Part shown: positions 1-14,366 of the stretch, piece by piece
How the letters are laid out: each line of letters opens with the position of its first letter
Numbering within the stretch: the stretch's first letter is position 1
Origin: Laetmonice hystrix
Taxonomy: Eukaryota
Direction of reading: 5' to 3'
NCBI GenBank assembly: GCA_965235115.1
Contig: OZ249451.1
Coordinates: forward strand, 11,160,001 to 11,224,000
Length of the DNA stretch: 64,000 nucleotides
Program-made: the position numbers and the translations under genes
Notes under the pieces: generated by a model
Seen by the model: only the letters and a program-made list of their open reading frames with translations
What the model was told of the DNA's origin: nothing
Databases searched by the model: none

Positions 1-11
1 AGAAGACTTAC

Positions 12-3000
12 AGCATCTCCGAGATCAATCTTCTCGAACCTGAAGGGCTGGAGGGAGGCCGGCAGAGCATTGCTGACCTGCTGCTCGACAGACGTCTTCA
101 GCAGTCCCTTGGCGTACTCTCCGATATATGGCCACATCTGTTTGATCATCTAAAACACAGCAATACCACTGAGGTCAAGCATCATGACCTTCACTGTCTC
201 AGCGGTCGATGGGACGACGGGGTACTTGAAATAACAGCTGAAAGAATGCCATTATTGTGGAATATTCTCCTTGATACGGTATAGGGAATTGATACATTTT
301 TATTGAACATTAGTACTGCCCAGTCAAACATCACCCAATTTAACCACCATAAAAAATATGGTGCACTGGGGAGGCGTGAGTCAATAGTGGTTTTTTTCCA
401 CCAAGCTTTCATCTACATGTATAGGCAGAGGCAAAGAAAGAGAAAGAGGAGGGGGTATATATCAGATCATATCTATTATATAGTGTAGATCTATTATACA
501 GATATAGTATATAGATCTATTATATTTTGTCGTCTGATATCAGATGGCCGTACACATGAAATCGTCCTATTTCCAGGACAATAAACTGAAGGTATCCCAT
601 CACCTCCAGAGGCTACAGAGACCTAGAATAATGTCACTTCTTGACCTAGTTTAGTGATCGAGACTGAACAATGGAGTGGGGGCGGTGGTTGTATGTGGTG
701 AAATATACATGTGTATCAAAAAAAAAGTCAAACAGGCGACGTCATAACAATCACCAACTGCGTTCTAGGTCACATCAAAATCCAAAAGGCAGTTTTTCTT
801 TATCATTATAAACGGACAAAAACATAACTTTCACTTTCCTTGAAAGATTCCTACCCCAGTAAATGTACAAGTTAGAAAACCATATTACAGAGTGTAAACT
901 GACACAAATACTGTTCAGGCCAGGATAGAGAAAGAGAAAGAGAAAGAGAGAGAAATCTTTCGACGAGTGAAAGTTATGTTATTGCCAGTTTATTGCCAGT
1001 TTGAGTGTTTGGAGATAGAGTCTAAAGTTGACGTTGTTCCATGACTCGGACTCCTTCCTTCCTGAGAGACACACCCAGATATCAAATCCCAGTCTCTCAC
1101 CCAGCCACCCCACCCACACGTGTATGCTGGAATGTGTTTGGCCTTTAACAGTTTCTGATACTCCCAGGCTCACACTCCAAACGTAACGGATGGCCATTTC
1201 CTCATCCCACAAAGGGGGAGGGGGTAGGGATTGGAGGGGCAGAGCTAGGGACTGGAAAATGTAATATTGTGTGTGGGGGGGGGGGGGGGGGGGGGGACTG
1301 GGAGCTGGACTAGTGGTTATGGTTAGGTTTTGCACTTGTAATAGATTTTATTCTTTATACACCCAGATATTGTGGAGCTATCACTATGCTTAGCGTCCTA
1401 ACGGAGGTGCCTCAACTCCAGGGTAGTTTTTTTCTCATTTTTTTAGCGGATATTCTTCTGCCCTACTTTAAGGCTACCTGTTTATATATCCCCTCCACAC
1501 CCGGCTGCGCCGACCTTGAAAGGTCAGAGGTCATAGACCCCCAGGCTATGGGGGTCCTGGGTTGGAGGGGGGCCAGATCAAGGTATTACTTCCATGTGTA
1601 GCCATCCATCAGGTCAACAAACCATCTTTATGGTGGGCAAACTAGGCCACAGGTAACCACACTGGCTCAGAGCCAAACATGATCTCCTTGAGGGCAATAG
1701 GGTTGGAGAAGGCTCTCATAATCATAGAAGAAAAATGATTCGGTATATGATTTCCCCATAGGAGGCTGATACCCACAGGGAGTTTTCACAATAACAATTC
1801 TTTGCCCTAAAATAAAATGGGGAGGTAAAACTTTAACAGATGATCTTTGAGCATGACATAAAAGACTACAGGATTTGAGGCATGACATGAGAGATGGTAC
1901 GAGGAAGCATTTCATAACAGATGAAAGGATAAGACCTCAGATAGCAGATGTTAGACTGGATCAACATACCATGAAAATATGACAGGGTGGACGCAAATTT
2001 TTAAAATTTAAAAAAAAAAAAATTTAATGTTTTCTTGCTGTTGCAGCGTAACAAATGTGCCCTCACGGTGTAAGTGACACTTTTATTGTAAAGAAAATAT
2101 CATTCTGTCACTAATTGAGACCTCTTAATATTTCATATATGGTCAAATAAATAATTATCAAGTTATAATTTGACTTACTCGTATGCCATAACTTATCAAC
2201 TCCTATCTCTCAATGGAGAGTGTCCTAACAGACTAAGTATCAGTAGGGCCTACTTACAAGCCTCTTTGATGTGAGACCCACAAAGCATACAATATCTCTA
2301 ACTTAATGGGTACCTGGGCCATTTCAAAAGGTCCTGCTCCTTTCTAACCCACTCTTATCTGATATGGATCCAGTTTACAACCTGATAGGTCACATGTATG
2401 ATACCAGACCGGGAAAATCATCAAGCTAGCGGCGGTATTCCGTATCCGGTTTGTCAGGCTACAATTGCTAAGGATTTAGTTTTACAATGTGCAGTAAATC
2501 TGCATTTTAAAATGGCACTGTTTGGCTGACCACTCTTTTTAAGTCGGAAGTTTACAGAGAATGAGAGTGGAAATCAACACTGTAAAAATGTGTGTGCGCC
2601 ACTGCGCCATTGAGTACAATATTACAGTATACTGAGAGATTACAATATTAAATACGTTTGTTTTATTTTCTTCCCAACTCTGTCTCCTCTCCCAGTAATT
2701 AACATTAACGTTTCAGATTACAGCAACACTCCATAGTTATTGCGATCGTTCTGCTTGCCTTACTAATAAAGACAAGTGGTACCAATCAATTACCCCAGGC
2801 CTGTCCATCCCGGCCGGCTGATCAATGCCTGGTGGTACTACCATACAGACACAATGTCAGTGTCGGACCAGCTCTGGATGTAGAAAGTCGATCCCGATTC
2901 CCACCGTTCCGACCCCCGCCCCCCTACCATCCAGCACCGGTCAATCCCCATCCCGATCCCCCCCCCCCCACCCCACCCATTCCCCACCGGTCCATCCCCA

Positions 3001-6000
3001 TCCCGATCCCCACCGTCCCGCCCCCAACCCATTCCCCACCGGTCGATCCCCATCCCGATCCCCACCGTCCCGCCCCCCACCCATTCCCCACCGGTCCATC
3101 CCCATCCCGATCCCCACCGTCCCGCCCCCCACCCATTCCCCACCGGTCCATCCCCATCCCGATCCCCACCGTCCCGCCCCCCACCCATTCCCCACCGGTC
3201 CATCCCCGTCCCCCCCCCACCCATTCCCCCCCCCCCCCACCCATTCCCCACCGGTCCATCCCCATCCCGATCCCCACCGTCCCGTCCCCCACCCATTCCC
3301 CACCGGTCCATCCCCATCCCGATCCCCACCGCCCCCCCCCCCCATTCCCCACCGGTCTATCCCCATCCTGATCCCCACCGACTAACCGGCCCATAGCAGC
3401 TGGTGCATCATTGTACATACATACGTCATGCCTGACGGGTCACGTCAATGTCTCTATATATTGGTGTGTATATCCTGCCTGATAGGTGGGTCACATCAAT
3501 ACGTTATGCATATGGCAGACTGGCCACATTACTTGCGAGTCTGGCCACATCACTGTTGTGTACGCCCAACAGTCTAGCCACATATCAGTCTGATCAACAA
3601 GCTGGCCACATCACTATACCCAAAACACATGCCACAATAATGGCCACGTCGCTGTTTGCCCAACAGTCTAGCCACATATCAGTCTGATCAACAAGCTGGC
3701 CACATCACTATACCCAAAACACATGCCAAAATACTGGCCACGTCGCTGTTTGCCCAACAGTCTAGCCACATCACTGTGTATCACCAGCAATCTCACCACA
3801 TCACTATGCTGGCCACATCACTGTTTGCCTACCAAAGTTAAAACCTTATAGCTGGATTTATTCAGAATTCCCTATGGAGCAGGATTTACCATCGGATACG
3901 CCACGTAGCGTCGGAACTAGAGCCCAATATTAAACATCAATTCGTGATTCCACCATCTGGCTATTTGCAAGGATGCCTGAAATCAATATGTGACTATATA
4001 AATACTAGACTGCAGCCACATTAGTACATCGTGTGTGCCTTTCCTCCGCCCTGGCTCAAACTCTGAGCCTGGCTCAAACTCTCCTGATGGAAAACTTATC
4101 ATTATGATTTACAATTCAAGAAGATCCTTTATTAATATTGGACGCTTTCATTGTAACACAGAACTACATATGTAGGTGGTCCTCAGCTTGATACTTGTAT
4201 ACAATTTTCTGGAGTATTTTGACGCTAGGGTCCCAGTCTGAACACCTTGACGTAACGTTCGCCATGATTGATTCGTGTCTGACTTTGGGGGGGGGGGGGG
4301 GGGGGGGGGCGAGGGCGCCAGTGATTAGAGGCAGATCCAGAAGGGGTAGCCTGGATGGTGGGGGGGGGGGGGGGGCACTAGTGCTTCTGAATGGACAAAC
4401 ACTGTGGGGGGGGGGGGACCTCTGTGTGTTAAGCCGGTTTTCTTGAAGAACTGAGGGGCCACGGTCTCCCTCGGCCTAACCTCCATGGATACCGGCCTGG
4501 TGACCCCAGGTAGCCGCCTCCAGGGGTTTATGGTAATAACTTTGTCGACCTGCTACAGGTATAGGTCGGTGGGTGGGTGGGTGGGTTGGAGGGTATGTTT
4601 GAGACACATGGCCACACACACACAAACCTGTAAATAGATACAGAGGCGCAGTCTGAGATTTGGCTGACCACAAGGACCTGACTAATATATCCAGTATCCT
4701 ACACAGTTCTGATAAATACTGGCCCATCTAACCCGTAAGTATGTAAGATTAAAAAATCCTCAAACGGAAATATATAAAACATAAGCCCCCCCCCCCAAAA
4801 AAAAAAGAGACGAAATCCCCCAAAATCGGTGTTCATCGTATTTATGAAGCAAACATTCGATGCTTCTGTAAAAAAAAATATAAGAATAAATTGTCTATAT
4901 ATGTTTCTAGCACATCAAGTTATGCAGTTGAACACCAACTATTACTGTTGATGTTTGACCTCCAACTACACACAATCTCCCTGCCAGGCTTATAGCCACC
5001 GATACTGGGATTTAGGAACCAATGTACTGTAACAATCATTACTACCTATCCATGACTGAATGTTTACAATCCGACTCCTGTCAAACTTCCAGTGAAGTAT
5101 CCAAGGTGACCTCCTGGCCTAATTTATCATGTTTACAGGTAGCACTGAAACGACTCATCTCAACAGATATCTCACCACAACCACAGCTGTTGTAACCAGC
5201 CTTTCAATGTCACATAGCATCCAGTTTGATACCGCTTTCTATGTATCACTCGGATCCAAATATGGTAAATACTCTGATAACGTCTTCTATAGACCGGGTA
5301 GAGTGAATTATTACATGTATTCATCCGCTTGATGGCAATACGGTGTCTGATAAGGCCTGCCATAAACTGGCCCCTGAGTTATATACTCAAAACACTTTCC
5401 ACAACTCTTCAACCTACAGGCCTCTACTTGAAATCGACTCCCTCATTGAGGCTATCGTCTGGTGTCATTCAGGTTACTTTTGCAGGAGCCCAAAACCAAT
5501 TCATCCATTTTTATGTTCATTTTATCTCCCTGACAACAGGTCCTGCACCAGATGAGCAGCTAGGTTGTGATGTCACCTGGCTGGTGGACGGCCCACATCT
5601 AGGTGGTTGGCACGGTAACGGGTCACCTTGGCAATGACCCCACATACCCATACAAACCACTCACGGCATGGGGGTGGAGAAGGCGGGCCTGATTCTGGGG
5701 TTTCCCTGCAGGGGGCGCTGGCCTAATATTGTCTACCCCTGCCTTATTGACCCAATACTCACCAAGTACCAATTTTGATCACCATTACGTACCTACGTAT
5801 AGGTACTAGGAAAACCTGCATCAGGTTCTCCTAAAATTGTACTGATCCTACTCACTGCCTACCTACACCTAGGACCGCCATGGGAACCTTTCACTAAACA
5901 CTACCGAGCTCGTATTTTCTGCAGATCATATTAATAGCAAAATGTACGAGGTTTTTTTCTTGTTTACGAGCTATAAGGCCATATACGAGAGCTCGTACAG

Positions 6001-9000
6001 TCTTAGTGAAAATCTGGGTTTATATGTTTATACCAAAAAGTTCGGTTGCCGATTGCTATTTTGTGAGACGCCTACGTGGGAAGAGGTCAATTTTTATCTG
6101 AACCGTTTTTTATCCCAGCATATCCTTTTCCCAGTGATGTGCCTCAATATGTAGAGGAGGCCCACACAAGTTACCATGGTGACCCAATGGCCTAATTTAG
6201 TCCCGTGTCGGCAGGTGCCCCAGTGGCCCCGCCTGGCACTATACAAAAACATGTCACATGTTGTGATGCCACCTTCACTGCCCTATGGAAAACCTAGTGG
6301 GTACTAACTGTAAAACAAACGGCTCCAGATTGTCCCACTTGAACAGAACGCTACAAACAAAGACTAAAAATAAAGATGCTGCATAATCAAGGCCGACACG
6401 GATTACAATTATTTTAAAATCATCCATTGTGATAGTTGAGGCGAATTCTTCAGAATTTACTAAATGTTCCTCAGGAAGTGCAAACCACTTGTTGGAATCT
6501 GACAGGATTTTATTGTGAACTTTCATCCTGCCATATAATGCATGTCTGTGACTGGCCTTGAAGTGCTATCACCTCGGCTCCCTATACAGCAAACGTTTTT
6601 TACTCTCACTGAATGCCCTGTCTCTGCTTTTTTCAACCCGAGGAAAGCCTAGGTAGCAAACCTTCCTGTTTGAGACGCACCAAACTTAGGTTCTATGGAC
6701 GCTTTATTATCCTAATTTTTTCAGTTCAGATTATAATCAGATCAAATGTGATGTGATGTGTTTCCTTCCACAAACTGGTGTGACAGAAATCCAAGTCATA
6801 ATTCTATCCCTAATCCTAACCTTAACCCTAATCCATTTGTATTTTCTTAATTATACCACAAAGTTGATAACCTAGAACCTGCATCACCAAGGAATCCAGG
6901 TCCGGCGGACCTCCATTCTGGCAGACTTATTCCGTTCACACCAGCAACCTTCCACATTCATAATCTTGAAACCATGATCAAACACTATCTGACCAATAGG
7001 CATGCAGAGAGCTACGGCAGTCCCTGTCCTTGACCGAGACAATGCCAGCAGTGCTCACAGTGAGCTGGTCTGTCAGACTGTGGGCGTGCACGTCTCAGCC
7101 ATTATATTGTCTGAGTAAACATTCCAGAGGAAGGCCGAAGGTAGCAAGGTTAAATAATTACACATGCCCAGCTCCCGACCAGAAAAAAAATGGGAATAGC
7201 ATAATGAGGGACTAATTAAGCATTGAAATCTGTGCCTTGCTTTATATACTGTTATTCTGAATGTAACTGGAAAAAAATAGAACAGAAGAGAGAAAAAAAT
7301 CTAGCCCTCAGACTGTGTATTGATGGGGGGGGGGGGGGGGGGTCCAGCCACTGGCTGAGTCAGCCTCCTGTGTGACATCATCTACATAATAACACCTCTA
7401 TAACATAATCAGGCCTCAATCTACAACAGTGTATGGGATCAGAGTGTGGGCAGCAGATACTGAATTCTCTGCTGCAGTATTACCAGTCTGCTCCATCAGA
7501 TAATTCAAGCTGGTCCAAGATTCATTGTAAGATTCCTGACAAAAGCAAGTCTGGCTTTCACAGGCGGAAGTCTAGCTGTCTGGCAGTCACAAGTCGGTGT
7601 GAAGGGAGGTAACACTGGGGAATGCATCATGTGCTGCACTGTTCTAATGATGTGCCCTGAGTCATTCTAAACTTAGAAATAGATGTTTTAACATAGTGTA
7701 TGAGGTGCTGCAGCTATAACACTGGGTAACTCTTGCTGTCATTATTTTCTGTATGAGGTCCTGCTATCTTCTCAGACTTTTGATAAGGACAAAATAATTA
7801 TTCAAATAATGTATAACATAATTTTTTTATCATTTCCGGAAACAGAGTTCAAGATCTTACCTTGTTCAGCCATTCTGCCCTCTCCACGTCTGGGAAGAAT
7901 ACCTGAAAAAATAAATGTGTTAGGTCAATAAAATGAGTCTGGCAGAAATTTAGGCAGTGCCATTGGCCACACAGTTTTAATTCAAACCTTATGCAAAATA
8001 AATATTGTTAAAGGGGAGATACATCAATTATAAAAGGTAGTCTTTCATATCGTTCTTTATACAATAAGTCTGACCCCTGAAATTGACATTTATCAATATT
8101 CTAAAGACTGGTTGTAGGCCTATCTCTACAATGCCGGTTTGCTATGAAATAGTGTGGACTATGAGCATGAAATACTGCTGCAGCAGAGCTAACCCTAACC
8201 CTAACCCTAACCCTAACTAACCCTATCCCTTTCACGTCCTTTTAGAGACCCTAACCCTTTCACACCCTTTTAAAGACCCTAACCCTTTCACATCCACACT
8301 ATTTCATGGCATAGGGCATGAAATAGTGTGGACAGTGCACTATTTCATGGCTGCACTTTTTCATAGCACACCGTCAGTGAGGCACCAGCTGGAGAGGAAA
8401 GATCTGGGCCAGGAGATAGGCTTCAGTGCACACTAAAAATGTGATACAATACAAACAAACATGTTCAAGGATCTCTGGAATATAAACTACCCACCGTACT
8501 GAAACAGAAATCAGTGGCTGTGTATTATCCTTGGCCCACCATGAATGATTATGAATTCTGATGTAAAGGCAAATCATGAACTGCCAACAAAGTTCAGACT
8601 TACTGAACATTGCCATCATTGAACCTACTTGAAGGCATTTTAAGTTCCTACAGGTCTACCGCCATGAGTAGATCTGTCACACAGACTGTCACAGTGAATG
8701 CTAGCTGTTACTGTCATTTTGTTAAACTTTGCCCCACAAAATCACCATACTTTTAAGACTATAAGACAATGTGGGGTATTGAAAGCAAGGGTCATCTCCC
8801 CAGATAAAATTATATCATCCAGTTGGCGATACACGTATATAAAATATAAAAAATAGCTTCTTATACTGTTATAGGCCACTATGAGCAGTACCTTAATATT
8901 TACTTGAACATCACATGATGAGAAAACCTGAGTGGGGCAGGATCAAAAGGGGGTGCCCCTTTCCTAATACAGGTGTCAACCAATGCAAATTTGGGTGAGA

Positions 9001-9932
9001 AGCTAGGTAAATGTGACTGATATTGATAAGGCCCTGTATTAAGAACGTCTTTTGATGATAATCATATTTAATGATACCAGAGCCAGAGCTTCAGCCTATC
9101 TCCTGGCCCTGTTGAATTTGACTGACATGACTTAATAAATTCTGATTCATATTTTAATTACCAGTATTTAAAATATTTTAAATGATATCAATCAAATTCA
9201 ACAGCAGAACAACAGTAGAACACCGAGTGACTAACATCAATGGGATGTTGGCCCGGAGTGTATGTGAATGGGAGACAAGAGGAGGGGGCGGGGGTATGTG
9301 AGGGAACTAGGGGACCGAGTGCAGACATATATGTACAATGTATATTGGGGGGGGGGGGGGGGAAGGGAGAGGGATAGAACTATCACACAATCACAGCCTG
9401 AAGATGGCTCGAGTGGTGGTGGGGAGGGGCGGGGGTAGACTCCACACCCACCTAAGATGCTCTGAGTCTGACCCTGAGTCTGACCTCGGCCTCCTGGCTA
9501 CTGTCATCCTGTCTACCTCCAGTAAAACCTCGGAGTACTTCTCACCCTACCTGACATCTGACAAACAATGAATAAATACAATCTTCCATGTGATCATGGT
9601 GGACTCACCCAGCTTGGCAGTTCATCAATGCGGGATAGTATCGCACTTTTCTCATTCACAGCAGCCTGTCTCGCGAACGACTTCTTCTCCTCCTTCTTCT
9701 TCCGATATTCTTCGTTCAAGATGTAGAAGAACGGTGGGATAAGCAGCCATGTTACGCTGAACCTAAAGTAGCCGACGACCCATATCCCAGCCAGCATTCC
9801 CACCGTTTTGAAGTATTTCTTGACGAGCGGAAGGATGGAGACCGGCCCGATGGGTTTACGGGCGGGCGGCCCCGTCGACCCTTGCCGCGAGGTGCCCCGA
9901 GTCGGCGCGCCCGGTGCTGTGTTCTCTGACAT
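12..9932 (-). CDS. ESYT: Extended synaptotagmin (ESYT family), 5' part; gene continues beyond the left edge
   Basis: Exons 9609-9932 (108 codons; N-terminal hydrophobic hairpin MLAGIWVVGYFRFSVTWLLIPPFF, ends DELPSW|gtgagt), 7861-7902 (VFFPDVERAEWLNK) and 12-149 (MIKQMWPYIGEY...FRFEKIDLGDA). All introns are GT-AG, phase 0. The spliced ELPSWVFFPDVERAEWLNK..KQMWP is the hallmark start of the ESYT SMP domain. Paralogue number not assignable. Confidence 0.95.
2885..3380. repeat. 52-bp C-rich minisatellite (~9-10 copies) in ESYT intron 2
   Basis: Unit cccattccccaccggtccatccccatcccgatccccaccgtcccgcccccca recurs at 3028, 3080, 3132, 3184 etc. Confidence 0.95.
3541..3820. repeat. 94-bp tandem repeat (~3 copies) built from ggccacat subunits
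   Basis: cccaacagtctagccacat recurs at 3565, 3659 and 3753. Confidence 0.85.
8135..8373. mobile_element. Small TIR element carrying an internal (TAACCC)n tract
   Basis: 15-bp inverted termini cggt(t/g)tgctatgaaa / tttcatagcacaccg; ctaaccctaaccctaaccctaaccctaac at 8189-8217; no clear TSD. Confidence 0.6.
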
Positions 9933-12479
9933 CTTGTCCTTGTGAATCGCGGGAGTTTAGGGATCCTAGCAGCTGACTGTATCCTAAAATACCGCCAAAG
10001 GGCGATGACAACGGCACCTTGACGTGTCTGTCAGCTTGGTGCGGGGATATGTGCCACTGCTCAGACCCAGGCCAGCCTCCTGCACCTCACTAACCTCGCC
10101 GTCATCCAGCGAGTTGCGGTACCCTACCGTGTTGTTGACGTTTGCAGCAGTAGCCGATCTATTTTCTTACTGAGGGTGGTAGGGTGGAACTATGAATCTA
10201 TCGCAGTTTCGGTTGATATGTGTCGCAAAAGACAACATATATACTGTGGTGTAATGTTGATAAGGTATGCTAATTTTCTTAATGATAGATCTGTCGGATA
10301 CAATTAAAAACAAGGTATTTATGTAGTTAATCATTCCGCAATAGAACAGAACCTGTAACCCCTTACTGAAATGGTAAGATCCAAAATGACGGAAGAAGCC
10401 CACTTTCAACTGTCGCAAAGGAGACATTGTGGAAAATGTCACTAAAGTCAGCAGTAACATTTGAGTAGACTAGGCATGAAGTGCCTATAAAATATATCGA
10501 GAAAGAAATGAAAGGGGGCAGGAGTGAAAAAAAAAACAGAGGTAGTGGCATCGTCGCAATTTTTTTCGCGATTACTCAGTAGATCACTAGATGTCGCTTT
10601 CGTCGGCGAATACTGCACGTATTAGCCGCCAGAGTGCAGCAGTGTTTATGGCTGGCGCACTTGGATGCGTTGCCCCTTGCAGCTGAGCAGGGTGTGGGCG
10701 TGGGCGTTTATTAATATGGATGGCCGGGTGTGTATGGATGGGTCTCTAGCGATGGCTACAGCCAACATACTATACGGTTGTAAAGATTTTACAGGTATAG
10801 GTCTTTTATACCACACACCATTGCTTTATAGGGTCACACTGTCTGGACATTTTTACTAAAGTAAAGGGGCCATGATCCGCTGCATGGGCGGGGGGGGGGT
10901 GGGGGGTGGGGTGGGGGGGGGGAAGGGGGATGGTGGTCGTCTCCCGCGAAGCCGAAAGGGGGCGGAGGGACAAGGCCTAGTCAAATGTCTGCATGAAGCT
11001 CGAGTTCGCTAAACTGGTATGCACATTGGCGCTGGCCTGAAACCACTGCATTTGTTTTGTGTTTGGTTGGAAACGGCAGGCCTTCCTTAAAACAAATAAA
11101 TTAATAAATAAAACAGTTTTTACTATATTCAAGGAAGAAGGTTAAAAAGGTATGACTCTTAAGAAATAATGATATAATGAAAAAAAGATCGAAAAAAAAT
11201 TGAAGTAGGCCAATAGAGTAGGTCTGCCCTCTTCATTCGGAAAATTTAACTGGAGGATGCATTTTTAAGATGGGATTAACCCTTTGTTGGGTTAAAGGCC
11301 TATGCATATGGGATCTCTATTAGACCTTGATATATCACGGCTATTGCTGGTAATGCCTATCTAGGCCAATAATATCGAAAGTATACATAATGCCGGTAGT
11401 CATGGGCGTCGCTAGGATTTATTCCAGAGAAGGGAGGGGGGGGGCACAGGCTAGGATTTTTTTCAGCTGAAACGAAAAAGATCGGAGTTAAGTTAAGTCT
11501 AACGAAAATAAAGACGTTTTAATTTCTTTTTATTCTTTTTAAAACGATTAATTCTTTGTAAAATAATGAATATCCATTCCATAAACTCACTCAAAACAAG
11601 ATACCATTTAGTTTGGTTTTTTTCTGAAGCCTTGAGGCAAAACAGGCTAGATTCAGTACAGTAGTAAGCCTTAGCTCTTTTTCCATCTCAAAGGTTCTAG
11701 TGTTCACTGTGAGCAAAGGTTAACCCAGCTTTGCTCGCAAAGGGGAGAAACTCTGCAGTTTGTGGAATATTTAATCTTCTTATTTTTAAAGATAAGTATG
11801 ATCTTTTAACATAAGCTAGTTTCACCAACGTATTTATCTTGTTTTGTAGTTTACCTTTACAGAAATTTAGCTGCCTTTGGTTTCCTGTCCCACAGATATT
11901 CGGCGTTCGTGAACTGCCTTATGCTTTAAAAAAAAAAAAACTAGGACATATGTGGTTCATGCCTGAATGCCTGCTCAAGATGAATCTGTTTGCATAATTC
12001 TCCATGAAATCTTTTGATTGTGAAAAGAAAAACGATGACACAAGTCTGCATGTACAAGTATGATCATTTTGACACATAAAAACCCCCAACTCTTGTAATC
12101 AGTACACCGTATTATCAAACGGATGCCCCATCCATACTCATTCTATCCACAGCATTCACCTTACAGCAACCATATACAGTGTGTAATCAGGCCTCCAATA
12201 TATACTAATATCTTATACTCATTCAATCCACGTCCACAGTACATCTTATAAACCATACCAAACATCCTGTAGTTATTCAGTCCATATTCACAATGATCAT
12301 TCAATCATTAAAAACCATTCCAGTCTTCATTACCCGGTCTCATTTAATCCATATTCACATCGATGGTGCATTATAGGCCTATAAACCATACAAGACAGCC
12401 CATCCGGGCATCATCCCTATACATATTCAACTTATATTCTTAAATTCATTATGCTCGGCAGCATAGCTCCCAACCTTCC

Positions 12480-12680
12480 CCATTTCATACAGACAGTTCA
12501 GTTTATTGACGCTGAGTCTGGAAGTTGTGCTCCTAAATCACTACCTATATGAAGATTCACGCCAAGGATTGATTACAAATGGTGCCAGGCGTCCGATATC
12601 TTACCGTTCTGCACATGCCACTACGGTCTGCCGACAGCCTTCTGAACGCCTTATGTACACGCATCAGACAATCTTGTAAT
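12480..12680 (+). mobile_element. Possible decayed Ty3/gypsy integrase fragment
   Basis: Reads KD*LQMVPGV...YRSAHATT...PSERLM across a stop and a frameshift, resembling the integrase C-terminal core motif DW..LP.V.FAYR...H.TTG.SP..L. By-eye similarity only. Confidence 0.3.
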
Positions 12681-14186
12681 ATCTTGGCCTTCATTCCAGA
12701 ATCATGCCATCATTTGCCACATCTTTCATACTCATTTCTGCCATAACCTTAAAGCTTTACACCCCTACACTCGTCACATATAGAACCGTGGAAACCATTC
12801 ACAGCAAAACCCCGGCACAAGGAATACTTCTTCAGCCAATATCACTGTGTTAAAGTACTTAAAACAATCAAATGAAATCCACTAGATGAATGAAGGTTAT
12901 TTCAATACCAGGGTTGTCAGAGTTGGGGATGGGGTGGGAGCAACACTGAGACCAGAATAAGAGTCATTACTGATAGAGTACGTCCCTTGCCCTGATCTCT
13001 TTACATAACAGCAATACTTCCAATATAATACATTTACACATTATAATCTCATCAAAACTGAGCTCCGTTTTTATTTTAGGTAGTAAACTGCCACAAAATC
13101 AGGCGTGGACAATCTTATTAATACTGCAGAAAACAACGCTGCTTTTTTCAGTTATTGCATAATACAACTTCCATCCCTTCTCCATGTCCATCCATGTACA
13201 CTGACATAGTTACATGTAATCAGTACGTGACGTGTCTATTTATTGACGCTCTATAAATTTCCTATTTTGTTTTAGGAGCTGGAGGACGTAAGAGATTTTT
13301 GGACAAGCATGCATATACCATTGCCATAAAGATTTGTATGCCTCTGTTTATAAATAAATCAATATTCTGGGAGCGTTGGGGGGGGGGGGGGTAGGCTAGC
13401 TACATTCCCAGCTTATAGTCTGATAAACCGTTAGGGTATTTTTATCCTATGTACCTTTTAGAATATATTAGCAGAGAAGCCCTTATTTTACAGAGGTTCT
13501 ATAAAAAATGGTGACTAAAAGCCTCAGGTTTTTTTTTTATCAAATATCAGATCAGACTTCATAGTTATAACCCTACCTGACTGTAGTATATATAGCCTCA
13601 TATACTGAGTGACTGAGGCATCTCGCTTAAAAAAGTGTATGCCTTCAAATGCGCAGTGTATACCGGTACATATATACACGAATGCGCTGCACAGACCCCC
13701 AAACCAGATCCTCTCGGGGTTAGAATGAGCTTGAGCAATTTATTTTGATGTTGGTCTGATATCAAACGCTATTCTGAATATGTCGGTAACTGATCCTGTA
13801 ACAGCCGGATGTAGATCGGCCGCGCGGGAAGGGACCCCTTTTATTGGAACCCGCTTTTATGTTCCTAAGGGCTTTAACCAACAAATTATCTGGGCCCGAT
13901 CTTTTTGTTTACCGCTAACCGTGAGCTGAGCTGAGATGGGCTGAGCACTTTTTTTCACATACCGGTTTGCGAAATGCCCTCGCTCATCCTCACCTCACCT
14001 TCTCTCAGCTCAGCTCACCCATGCTCAGGGTAAATGATTACAGGCACCGATGGACTTTACAGACTTTACAGACTGTTACCTGGGCTATTATGCCTCTTGA
14101 TTTACCACATTTTAAACATGACGTATTAGATTTTGTTTTATTTAGCATCAGAAGTGCTGGGGTAAGGGTCACCTTGGTCCGCGTTA

Positions 14187-14366
14187 GGCCTGATTCACTG
14201 GCCCGGCCGGCCGGCCGATTTGGCTATGGTTGGCCGTGGTGGAAAAAAATCAAGAATGCATCTGATCGAAAACATAAAATCATGTATTCGTGATTTTTGA
14301 TTTTACGGCCAATCATAAAGGTGAAATGCCTCAATCGGCCGGTCCGCCGGACCGGTGGATCAGGCC
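14187..14366. mobile_element. Degenerate GC-rich inverted-repeat element (MITE-like)
   Basis: ggcctgattcactggcccggccggccggccgatt pairs with aatcggccggtccgccggaccggtggatcaggcc, with further internal complementarity. Confidence 0.5.

Noticed and set aside
979-1335. 118-aa ORF with poly-Pro
   Set aside because: Driven by a G-homopolymer in an ESYT intron; no recognisable domain.
2825-3418. Five overlapping Pro-rich or Gly/Trp-rich ORFs of 145-186 aa
   Set aside because: They arise from a stop-free 52-bp C-rich minisatellite inside an ESYT intron; all frames are open and there is no splice or domain support.
9338-9571. ORF antisense to ESYT, or a possible extra ESYT exon (GEKYSEVLLEVD...)
   Set aside because: The candidate splice sites do not preserve frame, the alternative acceptor gives an early stop, and there is no homology cue.
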